Source: Eutreptiella sp. 'Long Island Sound 2002'
Lineage: Eukaryota > Protista > Euglenida
Direction of reading: 5' to 3'
Assembly (NCBI GenBank): GCA_964036045.1
Contig: OZ038378.1
Span: forward strand, 140,368,001 to 140,432,000
Length of the DNA stretch: 64,000 bases
Part shown: positions 35,651-47,849 of the stretch, in pieces
How positions within the stretch are numbered: the stretch's first letter is position 1
Layout of the letters: every line of letters begins with the position of its first letter
Translations under genes and position numbers: made by a program
The notes under the pieces: generated by a model
Told to the model about the DNA's origin: nothing
Seen by the model: the letters and a program-made list of their open reading frames with translations, nothing else
Databases searched by the model: none

Positions 35651-36558
35651 GTATTGCTGAGGGTGTCCAAATGAGTGTGGATTGTGGCTACGCAACCCTC
35701 CCACATCATTCCGCAGAGGCTTGAACACCAGACCACCGCATTCAGAGCCATCCTTGAGTGGGCATGGGTGAACACATTATTTCTCTGTCCCACTCCTGGG
35801 CCCTGCTTTTTTTTCCCTCTGTGTCATGTGTCTGTGTTTTCCCCCTCACGCCATTACCCCCTTCACCCTGTGTTAAGGTGTGGCTGTGTCCCAGGTACAG
35901 TGGCAACCCCTCCCCCCCTCAATTCAGAGCCCAACTTCCCCGATTCACCCCGATTTGTTAGCCCAATTCAGTGAGTGGCAGGATTGAACACGAGAAAAAA
36001 GCATTTCATGTGCGGGAATTCCTCAGCTGACAGATAGGATACCTCCGTGTCCCACATTCCCTCATTTTCAAAAAAAAACTGTTCACCCTCCGCTTTGTAC
36101 ATGGCCCTTGATCACTGTTAGGGAACGAAGCTCAGGGACCTAGTGGTCATAAAACTGGACTCACAGATGAAGCTTGCTGTTTCAAATCCCATTGGGGGCA
36201 TTTTTATCACCTGCATTGAAGTGGTCAGCCTGCTGAAAAAGTTGTTTTTCATGCACAAACAAAGCCTGCCACAACAGCGAACAAGCCCTCACAGTGTCCC
36301 AAGACACAATGCTCCACCTCCAGCCCCCTGAATTGAGTATGGCTTCGTCCAATCATGCCAATTCATTGGCTCGATTCAGCGAAAATTTTCCCCCGATTTC
36401 GGGGGGTTGCAGTGGGCATGCAGACCACATGAATTGTTGGCCAGACTGCGACAAAAGCAAAGCAGCCGACATCCTCGGCAATGGCAACCAGGGCAATGCC
36501 ACATCACACCGCGTGCCTCCCCGCCGCAGCGCCACGCCCTCCCGCCTCATCTTGTCAG

Positions 36559-36969
36559 GTCATGGTGCGCTCTGAGGCCAACACAGTCTGGAAGGCGCTG
36601 GTGGACAACACCCCGGCGCTGCTGCGCCGCATCCTGCCACGCCTGACGCGCATGCTGCAGGCCTCCCTCGCCTCCGGCGAGTGCGACCGGCGGCAGGTGG
36701 CTGGGCGCGCCCTCGGGGACCTTGTTGGAAAGTTGGGGGAGGCGGTGCTGCCCACGCTCATCCCAGAGCTTCAGAACGGGCTGGAGTCCGACGAGGTCGC
36801 GGTCCGCCACGGCGTGACGCTTGGCTTCACGGAGCTGCTGCAGGCGGCCTCGCGGTCGCAGCTGCAGGGGCACGCGGATGCACTGGTGCCTGCGATCCTC
36901 AAGGGGATCTGTGACGAGGATGAGGCGGTGCGTGAGACGGCGGCGTACGCCTTCGACCAGCTGTTCAAG
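36559..36969 (+). CDS. GCN1: GCN1 exon 12 in window
   Basis: Encodes VMVRSEANTVWKALVDNTPALLRRILP...RQVAGRALGDLVGKLGEAVLPTLIPEL...ICDEDEAVRETAAYAFDQLFK. AG/GT borders. Confidence 0.96.
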
Positions 36970-37449
36970 GTCTGCAGTGCAGGGTGGGGCAAGGCAGGCA
37001 TGTGCCGAAGGACCCTTTCTTAGGGAGGGAGATAATGACTGGTGAATTTGGTGGGTGTGTGGGGCTTGGGGGCTCTGGAAGGGGCAGAATTGCCGACTTA
37101 CGATTCACGAAATGCGCTGTCTGCCATTATGAACTCTGGTGCTGAAAACAAAAATCACCTCGAAGAGAGGTTGTTAGGTCAAGCGCAGGCGCAGGCGTCT
37201 TATACCCCCTTAGTTTGGGGTTGTTCGCATACCATAACCCAAGGTATGGTTTCTGAAGTCTAACCCCTTATACAATCATCATTTTAGGACCGAAAATGAT
37301 CCCCCAATACTTTTTTGGATTTTGACCCGTACCCCCCCCTTCCCCCCTGTACCCGGTTGCCCCCTTTTTGGGGGGGGGGGGGGGGCACAATCATCATTTC
37401 CACTGCAACAGTGTTTGGTGTGCTTCGGCTACGTACAGCGTATAGGTGT

Positions 37450-39570
37450 TGGTATAGTACATTCCGCTGATGGCCATAGGCCTAGAGGCTGTTGTTGGTT
37501 ATGAAGATACAGCGGCAGCCACTGCCAGATACTCACTGCCTGCATGCAACCACAAGGGTGGAGACAGCTCAGTTTGAGGGATTCAGGGCACTCATTCGCC
37601 CATACTGAACTGACGCCTTAGGGGTGCGGTGGGGGGAGAGTGATCGAGCTCGGATTTTTATTTTGGATGCTAACGTAGTGGTACGGTCATTAACATGAGT
37701 CTTCTCCTGTGCAGCATCCACTAGCATCAACTGCACTCGGTGGAGCAAGGTGAGAAGCTGGGTTCATGTGATATCCATGGCCTACGGCATGCTTAGGCAT
37801 GTCAGGCTATATTGCATGTGTTGTCATGGTGTGTTCAGCAGCATAGGGTGTGTCGATAGGAAACAAAAGGGTAGTATGCTCATTGCAAAACCGAGACTGC
37901 AAATAATGTCTCTGTGATGGCTAACACAGCGGTTGTGCAGCCGGTGCCAAAAGCATCCGACACCGGTTCTAGCCCCACCAAAGGCAGTCCTCTTCCGCCG
38001 GAGAATACAATGAAGACACACGCCTCCCCGCCACCAACAGTGTCAGTGGCGGGGCGCACAGCTGCAGGCTGCTGGCTAGTACCAGGCCACCTTTTTTGTT
38101 TGCGTGTTGGGTACAGTGGGGGGTAATCGTGTCGGTGAAGTGCAGCAAATGACAAAAAACTGGAGACGCCCCACCCCACCCCCAATTCTATTGTTGGAGG
38201 AGCGCACAGCTGCTACGGGTGGTGGTGGGGGCCATACCCATAGGCCTCTGGCCATGTAGACGAGACGAGGATTCAAACCCCGGTTGTTGACGATGTGAGT
38301 CCATGTCATTGTCCGTTGCAGTAAGCCATGTCGCTTGCTCCAAACACAGTTTTGAGGCTGCGCCCTACCTTGTGCGCAGTCTGTGTGAGCGTGTTCTAAG
38401 TTAGAGGAACTAATTGCATTCAGTGGTGCGGCCGTCTATTATTAGGTAACGTAGTGGAAGCGGTCACCATCATGAGTCCTCTCCCAAGGAACATCCGCTG
38501 CACTTTGTGGAGCAAGGAGAGAAGTTGGGCCGTGGAAAAGAAGGGGGTTCTCCCTCCAACCCTGAACAGAATAGGCGTTCAGTACACCGACAACTAGCGC
38601 TGGTAGAGGGCGAATGGAGCATCGCCATGGGTGACAGCCCAAGTTCCTGCAAGTGAAGGGAATAGTAGGCGCAATAATTTGATCGAAGGTGAGTATTGCA
38701 CACTGTACATTGCACACACGTGGGTGAGTGTACCACTTGTTGGGATGTGCGCCGCCGTTTGATTTCCGGCAGCGGGCTATCAATAGCTCGATAATGTCAA
38801 GGGGTGGGCTGTGGGCACACGGGGCTAGATTGTCGTCCTTCCTCCGCCAACTTGTCAGCCTCTTCATTCCCGCTCACCTAGACGTGAGAGGGCATCTTGA
38901 CCCATTTCACTACTCACTCTATGCGGTCTAATTCTTGCAGTAGTTGTTCCCACAATTGTGGTGTGGGCATTGGGCCTGACAAGCCTTGCCGGCCGTGGAC
39001 GCGCCACCGCCAGGCTGCTCCTGTGGCCCCTAGGTAGACACAGTTAGAATCGGTGCAAAGTGCTATCTTGGGGAAATTCCAAATTTGGAGGGCCCGGATA
39101 GCGGCCTGCAAGTCTGCAACATTGTTAGGGTGCCATAGTGCGAATGGAAGGAAGGCGGACAGGGTTGTGGTGCCTAAAATGTAGACCCCGTAACCAGCTG
39201 TAGATCTTGCCCCATCCACCCGCTTGGCTGAACTGTGTGTAAAAACCAGGACATAACCATGGGTTCCAGGTCCAATAATTGCTAATTCAGTTTATCGGCT
39301 AACCGCAGTTTTCGTTCTTGCGTGCATTGTGCCTTCAGTTGTGCTAGTGTGGGTGGTGGTGTGGGGGGTGCTCGGTTTAGTGCGAGCGGGGCGGTTGGTT
39401 GCTGAAAAAGAGACTTCCGAGAAGTCTCCGGGTCATGCTTCAAAAACGCTGGGAAGGGGAGGCGGTGCTCCCATTGGGACATAATTTGGTCCCATTCGTT
39501 GAGGAACATGGCCATAGTTCTAGAGAATTCTGGGTCGCACGTGCAGACAATGCGGACCTTCCAATTTACC
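37450..39570 (-). mobile_element. 3' part of a non-LTR retrotransposon with RNase H, antisense to GCN1
   Basis: MDGARSTAGYGVY...NNVADLQAAIRAL...CTDSNCVYLGATG...WR..G...LWEQLLQEL (38914-39219) and GNEEADKLAEEG (about 38840-38875) are RNase H motifs. The left boundary is approximate. Confidence 0.75.
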
Positions 39571-41339
39571 ATGATGCTGGGACGGGGGGGGGGGGGTGGA
39601 AAGTGCTTCCCCCTTTGGGGGGGGGGGTCAAAACTTCTTTGCGTATTGTGGCCGTGTGTGTGTGTGTTTGGACCAAGGTCCTGAAGATTTTTTTCTTGTA
39701 CATGGACCCCCTAACCCATGGCGGGGATCCCGGATCCCAACTCTCGGTACCCCGAGTGCCCCCCCCCTCCCCATATGGGCCTTTGCGAGTGAGGACTTCC
39801 GTTGCCCCTAGGATGGTTTTTGGTACTCATTTGGTGACAATAGGGGTACTTGAGCACCCATGGGGACCCACACAGTGGCTGCTAGGCCTATGTAGCCGAT
39901 GCCATCCCTCCCCCCCCCTAAAGCCCCAAGATTGCTTTTTGGTAGGGGCACTCATCCCCTGTCTAGGGAAATAGGTGGCCCCCCTTGGGGACGGGGCCGA
40001 GTGTGCCCGCCATGTTTTTCCTAGCCCCCCAGACAGTGTCTGTAGACACAGCCGGCGGGCGTCCAAACCGACGCCTCTGCGCGCTTTCCAACCGCTACCT
40101 CTGAGGCAGCAGAGCAGGGTGATCATGAAGAGACGATCATGGAAGAGGCCTAGCTAGTCCCCACCAGCTCGTCCCTCCTGGCCGCCGCATAGGCGCAGGC
40201 AGGGAGCACAGACAGGAGGGCACGGGCGCGTGAACTCGACTTTGCCCACCTCCCACCTCCTCAACCTATGCACATAGGGCAGTGGGCGTTCGTCGACGAA
40301 CGCCCAAAATTGCTGTTGCGTAGGCTGTTTAGTGGCACCTGAGAAATTTTCAAATTTCGAATTTTTCCGAAACCCTTCTATTGCCTATTGGATGGGTTTG
40401 GGTGATCATTTGGTGACAATATGGGTACTTGAGCACCCATGGGGACCCATGTAGTGCCCTTAGGCGGTTTAGCCTGTGCAACCCTTCGGACACCAAAATT
40501 GGCCTTTTTGGCCTTTTTCGTTGTGCGTGGATTGTGTATGTGAGTTTTGCATTCTTTCTTCGTCTCTTTGTCGTACCAGGGAAAAACGCTGTGTGCGCCA
40601 TTCAATTTCGTGCTGTCCTAGTGACATTGGGGAACATGTCTAAATTGGTAACCCCCCCCCCCCCAATAGTGTACCCCCCCCCAAATACTATACCCCCCCA
40701 AATACTATACCCCCCTTGGCTTAATAAGCGTTTTGCCAAATAGTATACCCCCTTTTCATCACATACAAGCAAACGAAACACGAACAGATTCGGGACACGG
40801 TCTCAACACCACTACACAGTAGCTCACTTGAAGAAAGCGGTGATTGTGGTTTGCCTCTTTACATTTGAAACACTGCTAGAGGCGTGGGCCACATCAGCTG
40901 AAGGTGCTGCTCCAGCTCCATCAGCACCTGTGACACACACATCCGCAAAAGCCTCATCAGGATCAAACGTGTAGTCAGGCAAAGAGCGGAGGCTGACCAC
41001 CTCAACCATGGAGCCAACACAAAGCAAAATTGAATAGCAAGCAGTGGTAGTGGCAATGACAGTGTACAACAAGCACGAAGCATGCACACAAAGCATATCT
41101 AACGGCCGCATTAGCATCGAAGCCGGATGCCACTCATCTGGATAGGGCTGCATACCTATGATGAAAGAGAAGACAAAGAGGGGTGAGGGTGAGGGTGACA
41201 GCGAAAGGGCTGAAATACCATACCCCCCAATTAGTATACCCCCCAAATAGTATACCCCCCTGGCCCTATTGAGCGTCAAGCAAATAACGTACCCCTGGGT
41301 ACAATATTTGGGGGGGGGTTATGTTTATTTCACAAAGTC

Positions 41340-44300
41340 GTTGAAGGTGACCAAATATTCAGTCAGCATTTGCATAATTGCTCAATTCACACATTGAATT
41401 ACACTTTGGAGACCAAAAGCTGACGGAATATTCGGTCAGCTTTGGAATTTCTGCGTTTTGTGCTTGATTTTTAGTAACGTTAAGTTCTAATTATTAGCAC
41501 ATGGTTGTTGCAGTATTGCACCCACCGCTATTGTTGTTGTACAGACATTCATGATTGAGTTTTTCATTGTAAGTGAACTGTAGGTGAAGCTAACCGAATT
41601 TTTAGTCGGACTCCGGATGTGATGCAATTTTTGATTTGTTCCGAGCCCCATGATGCTGTTTGTTGCATGTGCTGATGTACTGTGTGATATGTGTTTGTGA
41701 GCCTAGGGTTGTTGTGTGAACCTGTTATGTTATGTTGTGTTTGATTTATTGTTGCACTTCATATTGTCATGATTGCCATTCTTCAGGCCTACAAGGCTGG
41801 ATTATGGAATTGAGCGCTGCGGACATTCTTAAATGGTCCCAACTGTGCATCATAAAGGGGAAGCACGGCTGTTTGTTGTGTACTGCTCAAACTTGCGTCT
41901 AAACCGAAACACATGTAGGACATGGACTTCCATTGAAAGGGCCTTTCAGTTCACGAAAAAAGCCCTGCTGGCTGATCATCCTGCAGAAGGAGGTATTTGC
42001 CACATATTGTGTGATGAGGCAATTTTGTGTTCCAAATTTGGGTGTAGATGCCCCCTTGAGGACTGTTGGTTGCCTTTCCAAGCGCACGCGCCTCGCACTG
42101 TCTCGTCATGGTTTTTGTAAAGGAACAATAGACACCATTCAGGAGCGTGCCGCCGCATTTGCCAAAGCACTCTGGCAGTCCACTACCAACGTGCAGATCA
42201 TTCTGTGGCCAGATAATTTCAATAAGCAGTGTTTCGGCCCGAATAACTTTAAACCTGGTAAGAGTCTGGATACTACTGCGCTGGCAATCCTGCACACTAC
42301 TGAGCTTCTTCTCCTCCTTCATGCCTTGGGGAACAATGCTAGGACAAACGAGTATGTCCATCTGACATCCCTAGCACTTTTAATGTGGGGTCCATGGCAC
42401 CAGAGTACATGTGTAGCCATACACACCGAAGAATATGGTGAGACCATGCTAAGCAGGCTTGATGGATAGAGTAAGAATGTTTGATGTGTCACTGACCTTG
42501 CGACTCAACTTGATCCAGTTGATCCAAAGGGCGTCGGACGACAATCTTCCCCTCTCTTTTTGGAAGGGTGGCAAGGCCAAAACAGCGGAGGCGGTCATGG
42601 CCCAAAGTGTGGATGTCGATGACTTACGGTTTCCGTCTGCCCTGGGTGTCGGTGGGGTCATTGCTGCTTAGGCCACCCAAGTTTGAGACACACATTGCAC
42701 AGGTGTTGGCACACACAGTGGTGGCAGCGGGTGTCCCTTAGTGGTTGGACCAGAATGTACCCATACGCAGTGCCGCACAAATGGCACACGTGGATACGGA
42801 CATAGAAAATTTCCATAACCGGGGTAGGGCCGGGTAGGCGGTAGGGGTGGGCGCGGTGGTCGAGGGGTAGCAGTTCCCCCTAATCCTCCTCCTGCCCCTG
42901 TGGTTGTCGACAGTGATTCGGACGTTGCGCAAGTGCGGGTGCTCAGTTGCAGTGATGCTGTTCTAGACCTGCTTGATGATTGATACCAAACGAGGGGTCC
43001 CCACAAACAATTGGGATTAGACGTTCATGCCACCCTGTTCCTGCGTTGCATGTGCGCTGTAGCGGACCTCTGACTGAATTTTCAGTCAGCCTTTACCAGA
43101 AGCAAGAAAACTAGCAGTATATTTAGGCATCCATGTGTCAATTGCGCCGAATCAACATGTCCCACGCATTGCGTGCATCATGTAAGTCCAATATGCAATA
43201 ATATGACGCCATACTGCCCAACAAGTACAGCTTATTGCGATCGGGCCCTCCCATCTTGCTGAAAATGAACACCGTCTCACATAAAAAACCGCCTTTTCTT
43301 GTTGTGCCTTAAGACCTTTAGTGAATGTCAGCGCATGGTAGCAACGATAGGGGGATGTTGCCCTAGAGACGGAGGCGTTGGTGGATCTAGTGTTAGGAGA
43401 ATCAGGTGGGGGTCCCCCGAGCACGCAGAACACCCAACCAGAATAAGGGGCAGAACCAGTGCGCAAGACGAAGCCAAAACCCAAAGCCAAACCCGTCCCC
43501 TCTCTCAACCCGTGTCTCACTGACTACGTCCACCCGCAGAAGGTTGTGGTGACTCGGGAAAAGCTGTATGTGGATGAGACTCTCACCGAGGGCCAAACGC
43601 GAAGGATCAATCCGGGACGACTACTCACACGCTACAACGACCTAAAGGCATCAGACATCCTAGACGAGCTTTTACTGGTTTCCAATTTGACAATGTTTGC
43701 TGCCCCATTATGTTGCGTTACTACTCGACCGGTGTTACTACTCGGACCGGTGCATTGCGAATCGCTGACTGAAAATTCACCCAGCACTTACAAACATTTT
43801 GTCATCCATGGACAGAGGGCGGGTACTACGTGATCGGAATGCAACACCTGTGGCAAGCAGCATGCAGCCATGGAGAAGAGGCGGACACAGCAAACATCCC
43901 AAGAAAGCGGTGGCAGGAGGTTTTTGGTGGTTGGGTGATGAAGGACGGCGTCTCACTGGCAATGTGGCGGCGACCGGCTGGCTTACACCAAGTGGCAACG
44001 ACATCCTCCACCCCTTCGACAACGGCAGAGAGAATGAGGCTACTGTTGACGCAATTGCAATCTGATCCACAGGGGGAGATACCACTGCTGCATCAGACGC
44101 TCCTCATGCTGCAGAGTGCTGGATGCCCTCCTGACAAGGGATCTTTGGTATGCATAGCTCTGCGGCGATGTGAAACCCCCCCCCAACCCCTCGTTAAGCG
44201 AAAAATCCTGAGGCTAACTGAATTTTTAGTTAGACACAAGATTTGTCCATCTGGCACTTTCATTTCTCAGTATAAGGTTGCTGGCAAATGGCGGTGCAAT

Positions 44301-46000
44301 TGATGCTCTGGCCTCTATGGAAGCGAGAGGAATCAGGATTGCGCTTGGGACACTGAAGGAAGCAGGGGCTCTGACTCCCGACTACTTGCTGTCACTGGTG
44401 AATTACATGAGTGGTGCAAAATCAATAATTGCTGGGTTGAAGCGGTGATGTTTTGGCCTTGGCACATCATGCATCCGGACAATGGAAACCTCGTGGTTGA
44501 TAGTCGAAGTATGCATTTGCTGTAAAGGCGGTGTGATTTTCGACGTTTCGTACAGCAACATGCAGACATAAGTAAATTTTTAGTCAGCCCCCCCCCCAAA
44601 TTCACTGCAGCACTGTACCTTTGGCCTGTGCAACGACACTGGCAACAATCAAGCTATGCAAGCAGCAATGCCGGGTGGTGTCACACATCAGGGCACTCAG
44701 TGGATCCTAGGTCTGGCAAGGGGACGCTATGTATCCCCCTTGGTCAAGCATCGTGAATGCCCCCTTCTGGTGTCTGCCAGATGATGCCATCTTCGCAGCA
44801 TGCTGCTGCGCCCTCTGGCAACACCCACAATCAAAGTTCTTCTGCTGGACCGGTCACTGTGAGCACCAATGGTCAATTGTCAAATGACGATGGCTCCACC
44901 AGAGACTTTGGGAAAGTGCAAATCATGGGTTTTAGACCGGGGAGGCCAGCACCTGGGTCCGTTTGTGATTTTCCATTTGCCCTGGTCGTTGTGGAGGTCC
45001 CGCCATCATGGACAGGCGATATGCATAACTTGATGGGGCAACCGTTGGTGAAAGGAGTCCCCGTGGTGGTAGTGGGGGAAGCAGTGAATGCCAAGCCTGT
45101 GGTTAGTGGTTTGTGCGACATTGTGCAGGAGGAGATTACTGTCATGAATCTCTTGTTGTACAACACAAGTCGCAAGATAGGAAGTTACAGCATGGCCGAA
45201 AATCAGATGTGCATTTTAAGTCGTGATGTTGTGCCTGGCCCTAAGTTGCCCAGGCATTTGAGTTATGTTGAGGCTACATGGTTTGGCACTTTTTGAGGTG
45301 GTTGGCTTCCTTTTTTCAAGGCTTGTAACCGAAGAATGTGATTTGCATTGGATTTTGGTGGCCACCTTTGGCCCATGTTTACCTGCACGCATCCCAACTG
45401 CTCTGCGGCAGAAGTGCAATGTTGTTGTTTGTTATTTGGGTCCTCCCGAAAGCATGCAACAAGATTTTGTAGTGACCTTGATAGCCCATATAAAAGATGC
45501 GGATAGTGTTGCCACACTTCTCTGGGACGATGTTTTGGCTGATTTTGTTGTTGGCACCCCAGCTGATTTTACCGGGTACGGTCCACAGGATAGTGGCGAT
45601 GATGAGGTAGAGACGGTTAACAGAGGGCTGAGCCTTCCACGCCTGCGCAAGCTTCAAAGCCCAGTAAGCCTGCTACGCCTAAGCCCAAGGCAGGTGTTTC
45701 TCCATAGTGCTTCAATCATTTTGCTTCTGTAATGGCTGGTGCGTCCAGTTCTGAGAGCGCACCACCCAGTGCCAAGCCTGCTGGGGCCGTGGCACTCTCC
45801 TCGGGGGACGTCGCCACAAGTAGTTGCCCTGCAGTATGCGGCAACAAGGCTGCACTGTTGGTGGGTATTGATAATCATACCACTTTTGTGTGTTTTTTTA
45901 CTCCTGACTGAATTTTCAATCAGAGTTGACATTTTTGTTGATTGAAGTACTCGATTCGAATGTTTTGGGAAGGCCGACTGAATTTTCAGTCAGAGTTGCC
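41340..46000 (+). mobile_element. Unclassified, decayed multi-ORF element with nine dispersed 20-bp palindromes
   Basis: Co-oriented broken frames at about 41780-42990, 43400-44300 and 44750-45730; palindrome CTGACYGAAWWTTCRGTCAG at both margins and internally. No TIR or TSD found. Confidence 0.5.
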
Positions 46001-46834
46001 GAGAAGGCCTTTTCATATGCCCTTTTCAGTGCAGTGCAGTGCATGGCATACCCATGTTGGTTTGATTTTAACTTTCATTGGACACCATGAATTCATTTAT
46101 TTCGACACGATTGTGTCATGCGTATCAAGATAGTCCAGTGGACTGCTTGCAGCATGGAGTGACACCATGGAGATGGAGTGCTGTGCTCTTGTGCCACGTG
46201 GACTGTACTTCACGGTGTGTTGTGGTTCGTTTTAAGAGCCCCTGTGGTACATGACCACTTCATTGCCCAATTCAATGGTTCCCACATTAAATTTGGTCCG
46301 CTGCGGGTTAAAAACAGAGCTAGCAAGTGCATGTCACCCATACCCACACACCAATGGGAGTGCGTGCGTTTTTGTGCAAAACAACATAGTGATTTGGCCC
46401 CTGCGAAGGTGACAAAGTACGAGACATCAAATTCCATACCTCAAACCAGACCTAAGATTGGTTGCTTCCATATGGCCTTGTTTCTGCGTTTCTTGGTCCT
46501 GATGCGGAGACGCACAAGTTAGACCGCCTAAGGTGCCTGCTGCGCCCACCTAGCCCAAGCCCTGGGCCTCCCAAAAACTTCAATTTTGCTGTTCGTAGGT
46601 GGTGGAGTGGCATTTGGCCTCACAATGGCGCCCTCTACCCTTTGCAAGTCAAGAACGGAAAATCACCTCAAAGAGAGGTTGTTAGATCAAGCGCAGGCGC
46701 GGGCGTCGTAGACCACCCTGTTTTGGGGGTCATTCATGCAGCATACCCCAAGGCATGATATTTGATGTCCAACCCCTTGTAAAATCATTATTTTGCCCAA
46801 TAAGACAATCCCCCAATGGATTTTTTGATTCTGA

Positions 46835-47110
46835 GGCTTACGGCTGACTGCAAAGTTTTAGGTCGGCGGTTCGAATCCTGGTCGGTCGGCTGTCATCGGC
46901 GGCGGCGCCGACATCTTTGCCCGACCGGGGTGCAAAGCACCGACCAAAAAGTCTACGGTTAGTTGCATTACTATTCGACCACTGCTTGCCCTGAGAACAG
47001 CGGTCCTCCCCACTGCTTGGAGCCTGGTCGACCAACAACAAAGAACCCAAACTGTGTGTTTTTGTTTGACTGCCTGCTAGCCTGATTAACTGACTGATTG
47101 GCTGATTGTC
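46835..47110 (+). mobile_element. tRNA-derived SINE-like sequence (5'-truncated tRNA-Cys-like head)
   Basis: ctgactgcaaagttttaggtcggcggttcgaatcc has a GCA anticodon-like loop and a B-box GGTTCGAATCC but no D-arm or acceptor stem; the tail is ctgat/ctgac-rich. Confidence 0.5.
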
Positions 47111-47374
47111 GGCCTCTCTTCAAGGTGCACTGCCGAAGGCAATAGAATCTTCAGTTTTTTTTCAGATTCCTACCCTTCACACTGATAAAACATCCCGTGT
47201 AAAGCATATTTTAGACCCTCTTTGTGTGTTTCTCACCATATTTGCCGGGGGTGGGGGGGGGGGGGGGGGCTCCCAAGGGGTTAGGGCACAACTTGCTAAT
47301 GCAATTTTCCGGCCTGTGTAGGTCAAGAATGGAAATTTCCGAAACTGATTTTTTTTTGTATATTGACCATTCAC

Positions 47375-47778
47375 CGGGGGCGTCCTTAAGGGACGAGATT
47401 TTTTTTTTTTTTGCTAAGGACAGCCCTTAAGGACCGCCCCAAGGGACCACCAACCGCCAACCGCCAACTCCCATCAACTGCCAACCGCCACCAACCGCCA
47501 ACCACCAACCGCCACCAACCGCCAGCCACCAACCGCCGCCAACCGCTAGCGGCGACCAAGCGCTAGCTGCCAACCACTGCCAACTGCCTCCAACCACCGA
47601 CCGCCAGCCACCAACCGCCGCCAACCACCACCAACCGCCAGTTGCCAACTGCCAACCGCCAACCGCCGCCAACCGCCAACCGCCAACTGCCACCAACCAT
47701 GGTTGAGCACATGGAGTGCCCGCGGGCTTTTTTGGGAAACCGGACCACTTTTTTTTTCCCCCGTTAAGGACACCCCTG
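47375..47778 (+). mobile_element. hAT-like MITE with an internal (AACCGCC)n array
   Basis: TIRs cgggggcgtccttaa / ttaaggacacccctg; 8-bp TSD ccattcac (47367-47374 and 47779-47786). Confidence 0.9.
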
Positions 47779-47849
47779 CCATTCACAATGATCAAATATC
47801 CAATGTAAAGCATGTTTTAGACCCTCTTTGCGTGTTTATCGGGGGGGGG

